Below are positions 52,507-64,000 of a stretch of 64,000 nt of DNA, one piece after another. The stretch is from NCBI GenBank assembly GCA_002633005.1, contig NMRA01000014.1, positions 1,150,838 through 1,214,837 on the forward strand. Direction: 5' to 3'. How positions within the stretch are numbered: position 1 is the stretch's first letter; each line of letters begins with the position of its first letter. The notes under the pieces were generated by a model. The model searched no databases. It had not been told where the DNA came from and worked only from the letters and a program-made list of their open reading frames with translations. Origin of the DNA: Phoronis australis. Lineage: Eukaryota > Animalia > Phoronida. The translations under genes were made by a program, and so were the position numbers.

Positions 52507-52616
52507 GGTAATAGACGGACGTAACATGCCAGGATTTAGAGAACCAGTTTGCTCCACTTAATAACGGGCATCAAACTTGTTATCAAACTGTGGGTGCGTT
52601 GTATCAGACTATTTTT
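52507..52616. mobile_element. Merlin-like MITE, copy 3 (most decayed)
   Basis: GGTAATAG...GAACCAGTTT-GCTCCACTTAATAACGGGCATC-AAACTTGTT...TCAGACTATT. Perfect 8-bp TSD GTTTTTCT at 52499-52506 and 52617-52624. Confidence 0.8.
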
Positions 52617-54264
52617 GTTTTTCTTGGAATACATAACCAAGGACTGACAGTGGATAATCAAATGAATGCAATCAAAGATTTTCACACTTTCTATTCCCAT
52701 CTGAACACCAACAAATTCACAGAAAGTGACCCATCCTTGTCAGTAGGGAGTCAGTCTGATGAATATAACTTAATAATGCATAGTTTTGCAATGTACTTTG
52801 TGTTCATCCTGGGCTGGTATATATTTGCCTGCACTACAATTGTAACCAATCTCTGATCACAAACACGGTTCGTAAAAGTGTCTATCCCGAGCTTGCAGGG
52901 GGCGATAATGGGCAACATAATGAACTTAAAAGAAACACTATAAAAAACAAATTGATGTAATTTAATAATGCATGATGGTTCGGGCAGAGCCATAAGATAG
53001 CACAGAAGATGAACCAACACGCAGCCAGCACTGTTATGATCATCTTCACTGCTGCTGGCTTCTCACACAGGGTTTGGGTTCACTAGTGTAAACAGTACTA
53101 ATCATTGGCACATTTGTGGCCATGGCCATGTGTCAAGGCGGGCTTGACTGTGATTGACAAACCAACATGACAGTGACTGACAGCAGTGGGCATTAGAGTT
53201 AGAACCAGTAAATTGAGTTAATTCCCACCAGCATCAGGACAATTAACATGGAAAAGTCAAGAAGCACAAGCAAGCTAAGCCAGATGACCAAGTCAAGGAT
53301 ATGGGTCAACCCCTAGTTGTAAAGAGGACCACATCAGACAGGATAACCACTAGTCACATGTAAATAAAAAACATGTGGGACTTCACTCCCTCTTTTGTCT
53401 ATCCTCAGAACCACCCAACTCCTTAATCTCCCCTGCCTTTGAGGACACATCCAACAAACAACACTGTCACACCAGTCAGTCCTTTTGGAGTCCATACAAA
53501 GCCACTACCTTGTTACAAGATATTGTGAACACCAGATTATGACACTAAATATACAGTAAAATCTCACCAAATTAAGTTACAATATCACAGACAAGTGAAA
53601 TCAGTTTTGACATTTTTGTTTCATAAAAGAAATGTGGTACACGAACTAATGTTTTGCACGTTCAAGTTTTGTACCATAGCTAATAAGACATTTTTTTGAA
53701 AAACTGTGGCCATTCGTAACGTCAGAAGACGTCGGAAAACCAAAAAATGTCAATTTCTACTGTCATTTTTTGGTCTGAAATTTGTGAGATTTCTATATTC
53801 AAAGAGCTGATCAAACAGTACAGCTGATCACAAGACATCTCTTCTTAAATATTAACAAACGCCATGACTTTACAGACCACATGTGACATGAAACTGTCTG
53901 ATCAAGCCCCACAGGTTACAATAAGAGTGCCCCCTGTTAGCTACCACTGAGGAACTGCTAACAGTAATAATAAACAAGCTGTACTCTAAGCAGGCTTATT
54001 ATAAAACTGTTTAACCTATTTAGCTTGAAATGATCAAAAATAAATACCATGACGTCAAAAAGAAGAATAACTGGTAGTAGGCATTGATACGAGCCTATTG
54101 TGAGCATCATTGAACACTGTGCAGATACAAGGGATGATCATTGTATTAAACAATCCCAGTAAACAGAGCAATAATACTAAAACTAAAGCAGCTTCAAAGG
54201 TATCCAAAGTAAGTCACCAATGCTCTCCTCAATAGGGTCGGACAACAAAGTACAGACACAAAGA

Positions 54265-54830
54265 TAACAAAAAGGCTACCAGGGGTACAAAACATATACC
54301 AAATTTCACAAAGACCAATCAAGGAACTTCGTAGATATTGAACAACAGGCAAAAAACAAAATTGCCACTAGGAGGCACTGCAGCAGTCAGGTCTATCCAA
54401 AAACCATTGCCAGCCACATTCTTTCCAATAGGAAAAATATACCAATTCTCATGATAATCGTTTGGCTGTTGAAGAGGTGGATGCCAAAGACAAGACTGGA
54501 AAATAATAAACATGGACACTAGGTGTTATACAATATGTCAAATACATCCAAAAGTGGGAAAGTGTCATCATCTACTTAATAGAAACTTATTTGCCAAATT
54601 TAAGGAAAATCCATCAAGGAAATCCGAACATGCAGCGGAAAACACAAAAAAATTAAAATTGCTCCAACGGGGCACGCCACATCGGTAGTCAAAACTATCC
54701 TAAAATTTGCTCCTACTGTCCCATTCAGGATAGAAACATTTCTGCAAAATTTCACAAAAATTCATCACCAGACTTTGGGGATATAGCAGCGGATGCCACA
54801 TAACCAAGTGGATGGACAGGGATGGTGGTG
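54265..54830. repeat. Interspersed repeat with internal tandem units of about 150 bp (HINE/pearl-like architecture)
   Basis: The motif (T)GCCAAATTTCA...ATCCATCAAG...GATAT recurs at about 54297, 54440, 54592 and 54743. It shares AAACAAAAxTGCCACTAGGxGGCAC with the repeat at 58.3-58.8 kb. Confidence 0.55.
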
Positions 54831-57800
54831 CAACCTGTCCGTAGGAAATTGGCACCAATCTCTAGTTTCTAATTGCCACAGTGATCACCCTTTCAAAGGG
54901 AATTTTGAAAGACAAAGCAGTATTTCTATGGAAACCGGTCATGGAAAAGTGACACCCATCTGAGTGGCATGTCCTGTTTACACATTTTATGGGAGTACCT
55001 CATCCACAAGGAACTCAGGTAAGTTACAGAGAAGGAGGTCACCTGTAGAAATGAACAGAACACCTGTATATGGGCATAAGTTCACACTGAATATTACAAA
55101 AAATCTCGTCACACTATGGAGGTCACCTGAACTGAAATTTCGTATTTTTTATAAAAGATAAGAAGCACCAAATTAATGCTTTTCCATGTTTAAATGATAT
55201 GCCACATCTTCCATTCTGAGACAACAGTTTGAAAAAAATGTGATCATTCATTCACTATGTCAAAACTCTTTGGAAAACGAAATTTTGGACAAAAATAATT
55301 GCCAAAATTAGGGACATTTCACAATAAGTGTAACCTAGTGGAAGACAAGTGCTCCCTCAAGGAATAGGAACTGTGGAGATTTAAGCAGTCTGCACAGTTA
55401 CAAAACTTTGTCCAGATGGCCACAACAGGCTAAACTAGGCGACTGAACTTTTAAACAGCTGACACAATAAAGCTTGCAGTGAACATTAAATTGTGAACAA
55501 ACTAGACTAGTCAATAAGGTGTTCACGTCAGCAAAAGGGCAGTGTTTAATTAACCTCAGGTAATCCTAGACAATGCAGGAAACAACGTCAGGCTGAAAAA
55601 AGCTTAAAAAAATGTGACTTCTATGCAATGATCATCATTCTTCCCATTTCAGACAGAAGATAACTAACAGGGTTGGCAAGGAGCCAGAAGTTGTCATATG
55701 CCACTTGGGAGTTCCCGTTTGTAGTCTTGCCGAACTTTTTATTTGTAATATTTACTGAATATTTAACGAAGGCAAAAAGAAAGACAAACATCTAAGTAGT
55801 CACACCTTTTGTTTGATAGTTCTGCAATACAGTATCAACCAAGTACAGTGCGGTGAAACTTCATCAATTTTGGACAAAAATGATTTCCAAACTTGGTCTT
55901 TTAAGTTTTTCAATGTCTTCTGGCATTGTTGTGAATTCCCCCAATTTCTCAAAATCCCGCGATTTTTTGCTTTCGTTTTTATTTAAGTTCTTTATATCTT
56001 CTCAAGTGAACCATACCACTAAAGTGAATCGGAGCTTCAGCAGGGATTATGAACTAGCACAGACACAACAGCAGGACCTGTGAAGCAGTTATGTAAATTG
56101 ATTATCTCAAAGGATTATGGGATACCCGCTTACCTGTCAATCATCAGTTACCTGCAGAGGGGTAACAAAGAAAACGCAGAATGCCTCCGAAACACTTAAA
56201 AACAACACCTTGTGCAAAATAACACAAATTTATGTAAATCAAAGAAAAAACTAAATAGAAAACTAAAACATCAAATTTAAGAAACCCAACAGCGATTTTA
56301 CAAAATATTTTTAATTCTGAGCAGTCATCAATCAGCCAAATTTCCTTTTCTTCCGTGGAAGGCTTATAGGAATGATAACAATTATGGAAAAATCTCCTAT
56401 GATGAAAGAAATTATGATTCACATTCGACAACTAAACTTCCAGAGTGACTCAAGCTTAATTCATGTTATCTAGCTCAACCAGTTGTGCAGCAGGTGCTTG
56501 TAATTACAACTAAATGGTTACATTTCAACTATCACAACAAGCATTCAACTTAAACTCAAAATTGATCTTATGAACTTTAACAACATCTGCATTCTGCAGA
56601 AGTCAAAGTGTGGTTCAAAGACCAGCCAATAAATACTGTGATGCCAGCATAGATACACAACCAGTTGCACCCATTGTTACACACTGCTGGGATGGAACAG
56701 GGAGAGTTGTTTCAGCCACCAGCAATCAAATGATAAGGTCAAGACAACAAATACAACAGTTGCCTAAATGTCTCCTCTATAACAGGGCTAGGTTCCCATC
56801 ACAATGTGTAAACATAGTGTAGCCTGCTAAGTCATTCACTCTAACTCAACAGTTACAAAGGCCTAATTAAGACCTCACTTGTGACGTAAATAACACATTA
56901 GATGATACAGATCCCAGAATGCTAGGAAATCTTCACAAATGGGAAACAGACATGTGTGCCAGTCCAACCACATGAGCTGTGCCGGACAATGTCTAAAAGG
57001 AAATGCTAACAGAAGTACACTAATTCTCCAGTTATTTTGCATAACAATAATGGTAAAAAATTATCATTTTTCAAAGACTGATTACCTTGCTGCCAATAGA
57101 TGGAGCTTTACCACATGCTGTTTGACGGTGACATTGACATAGTGCAACCATGTGAATCATAAAGGACTGAATTTTCGTTATCATTGTTTTTGTGGAATTT
57201 CCGACAAAATAAAACATCACTAGTCTACCGTAGGTGAATAGTCGTAATTCAACCAAAAGTCAACACTTGAATCTCAAATATGAGCACCCTGTTTAAAGCG
57301 ATGCTTTTCTTTTAAATGATCTCTTGCATGCGATAAAATATAGAACAGTTTTAATAGACTAAGAATGAATGTAAGTGTCATGTTCTCCAAACGAATGTCT
57401 ATAGTCAACTTCCAAGTCACGTAAACTTGTATAGCGGAGGAAAGGTGAAACGGATAAACAGCAAAACAAATATAGATGGACATATATTTATAGCTGTGAG
57501 AGTCCATTACCATACCTCAGGTAATTATTAAGTGCCTCCCTCAACCATATAACAGTGAGACAGCTGTGAAGGTAATACCCCTCCAGTCCTTGCTATGTCC
57601 TGTTCAACAGCCAATGAGTACAGGCAAGTAGGTAGTTGATATGTCAGCCAAGGAAGCAGCCATTAATTCAGTTTGACAGCAAGTTGTTTATAGACTGAGG
57701 ATGGAAGCTCAATCCAGGTACACAACTACTACTGCCAGAAGACATAGTGATGATACATATGGCGGGCTACTCCCATTACACAACACATAGTATTTAAGTA

Positions 57801-58254
57801 GTGTTAGCGTGTACAACAGGCCAGGATCTGCTGCATCATCCTGTAACACACACCAAACCCATAGATCACTTTACGGGATCCCTGCTGACCAAACTGATTA
57901 CAATTCTGGTTAAGGCCAAACTAATAACAAACAAGGGAATGAAATTTGAGCGGACTGTACCACAAACAGTATGCTTCCATGGTTGTTTATTAGTATCATA
58001 ATAAGAGCAATAGGGAAAGTGCTCAAATGTGCCCACGAATGCACTGCAACTGGTATGCTTTTTGGGGTGTTTGTTAGTATCACAAATGACCATCAGGTGG
58101 CACAGGATATGTTGAAACAGTCCAAAAATGGGAAGGGCTTGTCATCGCCCTAATTTAAATCCCATTTGACAATTCCGTGAACATCTGTCCGCCTAAAACT
58201 GTTATTAGGGAGCACAGCGGTTACCAGATTGTCAGAAAATATTCCATTAATTTA

Positions 58255-58810
58255 TCACATTCTTAGAAAAACACTTGCAAACTTCACAAAGATCCTAAAG
58301 GAGATACAGCCAAATACCACTAGGTGGCACAACAGTAGTTGGATTAGTCTGAAAATCAGCTGTGGTCATATTTTCTAATTTTCTGATGATCCTCCAAGCG
58401 ATCTGTCAGATAGAGGTGGACGCAAATAATAGAAATGGCCACTAGATGGTAAAGAATAAGTCAACTGTGTCAGAAAACGAGAAGCCTTTTCCGTCTTGTT
58501 AATACAAATACTTGTCAAATTCAAAATCTGTCAAGAAGCACTGAAGAAACAGACGTAAACGCAAGAAACAAAACTGCCACTAGGGGGCACAATGGCAGCC
58601 ATTCGTTGACAAAATCGTAGATAAGTGCTTCGCAAATTCCATGAATGTCCTCCAAGGGCTTAAAGATACAGCACTGTACGTCCCACGTCTGGGCAGAGAT
58701 GACGGTAATATGCACCTACATCCACAAGTAGACGCATTAAAATAGACAGTGCTTTCACACTGATTAATGTCATATTTACAACACACGCGCACACGCACAC
58801 ACACACTCAT
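58255..58810. repeat. Second member of the same tandem-unit repeat family, ending in a (CA/CG)n microsatellite
   Basis: CAAAxTTCA..GATCC units at about 58276, 58372, 58512 and 58630. CCACTAG motifs at 58317, 58439 and 58577. Confidence 0.55.
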
Positions 58811-59000
58811 GCAAGCACACATGGCCAAATGTTTACTCAAAACATCAACGAAACACACCAGTGAGGTGAAGAATGCAAACAACCAACTTGAACAGGGACA
58901 AGTACAATCGGTGGTAGTCAAGGTCAAAATAGTAACTTCATAAAAACTTCATAGATGTGCTATTGTAAATAATGATAATTTAGATGGTAAAGTGTATCTC

Positions 59001-59080
59001 CAGTGCTCGATTTGGCGGCCTGAAGCTAGCCAATGATTGGCGACCTGGGGACAAATCCCAAGTCGCCACAAAGTCGCAAT
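59001..59080. mobile_element. Truncated left end of the hAT-like family seen at 50653
   Basis: CAGTGCTCGATTTGGCGGCC...TGGCGACC...AAGTCGCCAC. Confidence 0.5.
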
Positions 59081-59468
59081 TATTGTAAAGACCCGAATGG
59101 ATATCAAGTTAGACCTAGCTTTAGAAAATAGGAAAATAAACAGATATCTGCATCCACAACCAACATTGACTTAAATTACAGATTTCCAAAAGATAAAGTC
59201 CCAACTTTGTAACTCGCCATTTTCATTAACCTAAATGTGTCTGCTTGATTTGTCTGTCTGGGAATGATGTCAACAGACAAGTCAAGCATGTCTATTTATA
59301 GAATGCAGCGTTCGTCACATATGCACTGGTCTTAGCGATTCGTTTTTCGGGTGAGCAACTTCTTTTTTCCTAATGTTAAACCTTGGGTGAATTCCTTTAA
59401 AAGTTCAAGAAGATGAAACTGAAGAGAACAAAACTAAGCAGGCAGCTGACAACACAACGTTAACTCAC

Positions 59469-59660
59469 CCGCCAGTAAATATGGACCTCCACCACCATCT
59501 GTAATCCTCAGCATTCAACTGAAAGTAGGTCATCGCTATGGAGATGCTGGCAGTGACGATGAGCAGCATGACATAGACGATCATGAGGATGCCCCAGAGT
59601 GTGTACTGGTCGCGTCCCCACAGGGTGGAGAAGATATAGTAGAGTTCTACGGAGATGGCA
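59469..59660 (-). CDS. TM9SF1: TM9SF1 exon
   Basis: [26 protein letters not shown]...[21 protein letters not shown]. Acceptor ctttcag, donor GTGAGT, phase 2/2. Confidence 0.96.
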
Positions 59661-60389
59661 CTGAAAGCAGGTACAGCACGTGAAAACATGGAGACAAGTG
59701 GGCAGTTGTTACATAACCAAGCAGGTCACAACAATACTCATGAATACGTTTCTTTTTCCTAATAAATAAGTGTCTACTATATACACCTGAAATCAACCAG
59801 TAACAAGTTGCTGAGCCTCAAAAAAAGTTTTATCAGAGCCCTCGGTAATCTTATTTTGTGTAAAATTAGCAGTGTTCCACAAATTCTGTTGAGACCGAGT
59901 TTTGCTGAATTAAAATGATGTACTAACTGCTTAACGAGTTTCCATAGCAACAATTGAAGAATCTACTTGAAAATAAGTTGCAAAATAATGCCACATTAAA
60001 ATACCGTATTCTGTTTTGAAACTTATTAACTGGTGTTGCATCACATAATCTTCAAATCTGCCAGTCAATAAGATATTCAGCTTGTGCTTATAGCGGATAC
60101 ATTTAGCGTGTGTTTAGAGGAGACATTCAGCGAGGCCACATCAAAAAATGACGAAACCATGGGATTCATGGCTGAAAATTGTCACTTGAGAGAGGAGAAA
60201 TGTTGAAAATACTGGTAATTCTGGAAAAATTGAGATTGGATTAAATGATTGTGAAAATGACAAGCGCTGTATGTTGCTTCACTTTGCATCAAAAGTGATT
60301 TTGCTAGAACACAAAGTCATCACTTTTCATCCTTACGCATTGTACATATAAATACTTATTAGTTGAAGACAACACCTCAGGTGACTCAC

Positions 60390-60552
60390 CTGAAGGGCAA
60401 GAAGCCTCCTACCAAACAGTGTATTGGACACGACCTGTACCAAGGCAGAGGTGGAATTTCACGCACTATGTTTTTAGTCCTGCACGGGGCATCAAATCCA
60501 TTGGCCCAGTTTTTACCGAAAATACCACCGATGACACTCAGAGGATAGCCCA
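60390..60552 (-). CDS. TM9SF1: TM9SF1 exon
   Basis: [54 protein letters not shown]. Acceptor ctttttag, donor AG|GTGAGT, phase 1/2. Not present in the ORF track. Confidence 0.95.
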
Positions 60553-61714
60553 CTAAAAAGACAGTCAGCTAATTGAACACCTATATCCAACAACAGAGGT
60601 CACCTCTCTACAGGCCCACAGTTTGAAGTTAAACATTGTAATAAGCCACACAATGACAATGTCTGCACAACATATATATATCCTTTATCCAACATCATGT
60701 ACACAATCCCCTTTCCCCGCTCAAGTGATAAACAGCCCATTCTCAAAATGTATACAGGGTTAATATTCCAGTGCCCAAATCAGTTTTGAGAAGCAAAACA
60801 TGGATCTCATTTGGCTAGCCCAGCCACTTGAGTTAACTTGTACCTAAAATAGTTTCACTTTTCTGTAATTTTTAATTATCTACTAGTAACTACTGAGAAC
60901 CAAATAGCAGCTCATTTTACATTGGCAAAGTTGTCACTAGCTTCCGATTCACGGCACTTTGTTAACAAAAGATGAGCAAGTGTCAACAGGATACGTTCTG
61001 AAGTTGATGATCGACTTTTCTTAGTTGAAAAAGCAGTCAACTGGTGCAATTCAAAGATGATTATTAGACTACTCTTCTTTTAATTGTCAGTAACAAGGGA
61101 CAAGGTAAGTGTTCGTCAAATGGAAGACATGCAAAAACTGTCATACTGGGCGTTCTACAGAGGTATAAGTTTCACATCGAGTTGATTGCAAATTTTAGTG
61201 GATTGACTGAAAAAGTGAGCACTGCTTTTCAGATCAATTAATAGCTTTGCTGGTCCTGTATTCAAGTAACTGATTAACTAGTTGGATACGTGCTTACACC
61301 TCCTTGAGTAATTATTCAACTCTGCAATTGATTCAACAATGGAAAATGAAAAAGCAAGCATGAAAGATTGGAAATATGACAGTCCCTATAGGATGGTAGG
61401 CAAACAACCATGATCGTCGGCGAATGTCATCATTTTACAGTGAATTTAGCAACGTGAAAACACTTCTACTCATAATTTTAGACAAAGAAATACAAAAAAA
61501 AACACAGCCATAGCCAGTACTTCAAGCACAACAAACAATTAGACAATAATATGTTAGACATTGTTTTTGACAAGCCAATTTGGTATATGAACTTCGTTTT
61601 ATGCTAGTGATTGGAAGGTAAACAACCCCACACGTTCTTTCAGCCTCATTTTAGAGAGAAAGTAGTATTAAAGAGTTCCATACTAAGCATGGCCTACCAT
61701 GTTGGAATACATAC

Positions 61715-61825
61715 CGAGGAGCCAGAGAGCCATCAACAATATAATGGTTGTCCAGGGTAGAGCCTGGGTGGAACCGTACGCCCAGGCAACTGAGTTAATG
61801 ATGCTCCATACAATGAAGAGTGGAC
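61715..61825 (-). CDS. TM9SF1: TM9SF1 exon
   Basis: [37 protein letters not shown]. Acceptor caacag, donor G|GTATGT, phase 1/1. Confidence 0.95.
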
Positions 61826-62359
61826 CTGTTGTATAACATGAGAAGTCACAAGTGTATGTACTCAAATACAAACTAAAATGATTAATTTTAATCCATTGAA
61901 GCAAACAACTCTATGAGGAAAAGCTTAATCAGACATGCATGGATCTGAAAACGTGAGAGACTCAATCTGCTATGAACAATAACTCTTGCCATAATATAAC
62001 CATTGACAGCACACTAGAGTATGCGCAGTCAACACCTAATTATTAATAGATTCTTTTGGGTTTAATGTCACTATCTCTGTTCATCACAGGCTTGCGGTAC
62101 CTGACCAAAATATTGTTTATCTGAATCTGATCTTCTGAGGATGTCTCAACAAGGCCATCACAGATTACACAGTGATAAAACTCTCCTTTGTCCCAGAGAA
62201 AAGCGTGTTGTTTTCATTGGCCTCATTTTGGAATGTCACACACATTTTCATAAGTCATGTCGAAAACCTTCGAGGCATACGGCCGTGGAAATATTCCCAA
62301 TTTCAACCCTTTAAAAGTACAATTCAAAAACGTATTTTCAAGAAAGGGGATTCTGTTCA

Positions 62360-62543
62360 GTTCAAAATTAACCCAAGCCAACGAACTTGCTTCATCCACT
62401 TGTTGCGCATTTGCTTGTCTTTGATTTATGTCAAGAATGCAAAGAACTTCAAATCACTTCTCCACGAATATTTTATCAAGTTTATCAAACTATCTCCCGT
62501 CAGAGTTACAGCCCAGAGCACAGCAGTAATACTTTGTTGGCAT
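62360..62543 (-). pseudogene. Decayed THAP zinc-finger domain (transposase N-terminus relic)
   Basis: ATG at 62543 gives MPTKYYCCALGCNSDGR*. After a frameshift it reads LKFFAFLT*IKDKQMRNKWMKQVR, matching the THAP pattern M..CCxxGC...FxFP...RxxW...R. Contains stops and a frameshift. Confidence 0.55.
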
Positions 62544-63369
62544 TCGAAGGACAAACAGAGTAGTACTGCCAAGAATTAAAAATGAAGCAACAATAAAGAA
62601 CATGTGGAACTCCAGCGACGCTATGAAAAAGCTTGATGGACATCTCAGCATTGTGGGTAAATACAGCAAGATTCGAATGCAGCTGAAAAATCTGGGGCCC
62701 TGTTATGGCTGTCAATAATATTGGCATAGCATCATTAACTGAATGTCATATTTGTGATTCCTAGAATGTCTTGACTGTCACTGTTGACAGAGATGTAATT
62801 GTGAGCATGCTCTTAAGAAGCAAACTACAGGTTAGATGTAACTGTGTTCGACATAACAGACATTTCAGGAACCTTCAGCAAGGTTCTGGACTAATATTCA
62901 TTAATTTACATGGTGTGATCAAAAAGATGGCGGGTTGAACGGGATAAACTACTAGCAATATATTCCACGGCTCACTGAAAAAGTTGATATTTATACAATT
63001 ACAACCCTCGTCCCCCTAAACTATAAAATGGCCAAGTGTTCATACCACAGTCACCAAGACATCTTGATGCACTTGAGCACTGTGGATGGCACATTCAGTG
63101 TAACAATGTCAATCACCAATTGGATGTCTACATTACTTTGTCATTCTCAAAAGCTGCTTGACACAAAGCTTAGCTTAGTCAAAAAATCATTCAACTTCAA
63201 CAAAGTTGGTCTTTCATCTCCTGATATTCTATTTCAATGTTTTGCCATTAATAACTCTTGCTAGTTAGTTATGACTCATTGATTTTTTCTGAAGAGAATG
63301 CATCAAGTGAAAGTAGGCGCTATTTTATCAAACCAGAAGTATTGTTATCTCCACTGTAGCGCCACCTAC

Positions 63370-63462
63370 CAGCGAATAAGAAGGTGGTCAGATTGATATT
63401 CCACACCCACTTCTCACCCCCCATCTTCTTGTACATGTTGGCTGACACATAGCCTGACACCC
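63370..63462 (-). CDS. TM9SF1: TM9SF1 exon
   Basis: [31 protein letters not shown]. Acceptor ttgtttcag, donor G|GTAGGT, phase 1/1. Confidence 0.95.
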
Positions 63463-63721
63463 CTGAAACAAGAATGGACTCAGTTGTACAATATGTTTGA
63501 CACATAGTCTAAGGCACCTGAAACAAGAAGGAGTTCAACTAAGTTGTGGTACACATCAGTCTCACAACAGTGACACATAAGGAATCTGTTCGAGTTGTCA
63601 CAAACTTGACTAGAACACATATTTATATTGCTGTAAGGAATAATCGAAGAATACTTTCATTTAACAGTCTGTCAGCCAATGGGAAGGTGTTCTAGATGAA
63701 TAGAATGCAGGTGGTGGTAAA

Positions 63722-63846
63722 TAGTGAGAAGATAAAGTGACAGTAACCAGTGAGAAGATAAGTTGACGGAAAGTCGTGAGAAGATAAAAAAGTGATGGTT
63801 ACTAGTGAGAAAATAAGATGATGGTAAGTAGTGAGAAGACACTTAC
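63722..63846. repeat. About 26-bp minisatellite abutting a TM9SF1 splice donor
   Basis: GTGAGAAGA(TAA) recurs 5 times. The last copy runs into the donor (ACTTAC, 63841-63846). Confidence 0.8.
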
Positions 63847-63972
63847 ATGAAGTGAAGGCAAACAGCACAATACCCGCCGTGTTGATAGCACCGTGTCTGT
63901 GAACATTGAACAGACCCATAACGGCCATGAACAGGATTCCAAATGCAAGGGCAAGGAACTGGGTACCAACAC
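63847..63972 (-). CDS. TM9SF1: TM9SF1 exon (upstream exons lie beyond the window)
   Basis: [52 protein letters not shown] is characteristic of TM9SF1 among TM9SF paralogues. Acceptor ttgttgtag, donor GTAAGT. Confidence 0.96.
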
Positions 63973-64000
63973 CTACAACAAAATAAAGGTTTCTGAGCAG

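Noticed and set aside
62172-62579. 135-aa plus-strand ORF
   Set aside because: No recognisable domain or splice signals. It is antisense to TM9SF1 and overlaps a transposon relic.

Overview
AT-rich eukaryotic (invertebrate-like, animal) genomic DNA with GT-AG spliceosomal introns and no prokaryotic features. Three protein-coding genes lie on the minus strand, and all exon phases were checked by hand. (1) The 5' part of a cyclase-associated protein gene (CAP/Srv2 family): coding exons 1641-1113 and 99-1, running off the left edge, with an open 138-aa Cys-tipped N-terminal extension ahead of the canonical RLE-motif start. (2) A complete 4-exon RBM24/RBM38 (SEB4-type single-RRM) gene, join(19327-19148, 18975-18852, 18102-18006, 12435-12144), 230 aa. 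(3) The last six exons of TM9SF1 (63972-48309), entering from the right edge. The rest is introns and about 26 kb of intergenic DNA containing non-autonomous transposon relics (a Merlin-like MITE in 3 copies with 8-bp TSDs, a hAT-like MITE with a 6-bp TSD, foldback elements, a decayed THAP domain), minisatellites and tRNA-derived fragments. The best leads are two densely hairpinned plus-strand segments (7.7-8.2 kb and 23.2-23.7 kb; structured RNA or solo LTR), splice acceptors tandemly duplicated into decoys, a Musashi-type UAG array gated by alternative poly(A) signals in the RBM24 3'UTR, CTCF-like motifs carried by an intronic repeat, and a mosaic CpG pattern. None of these is established as a new system from sequence alone.
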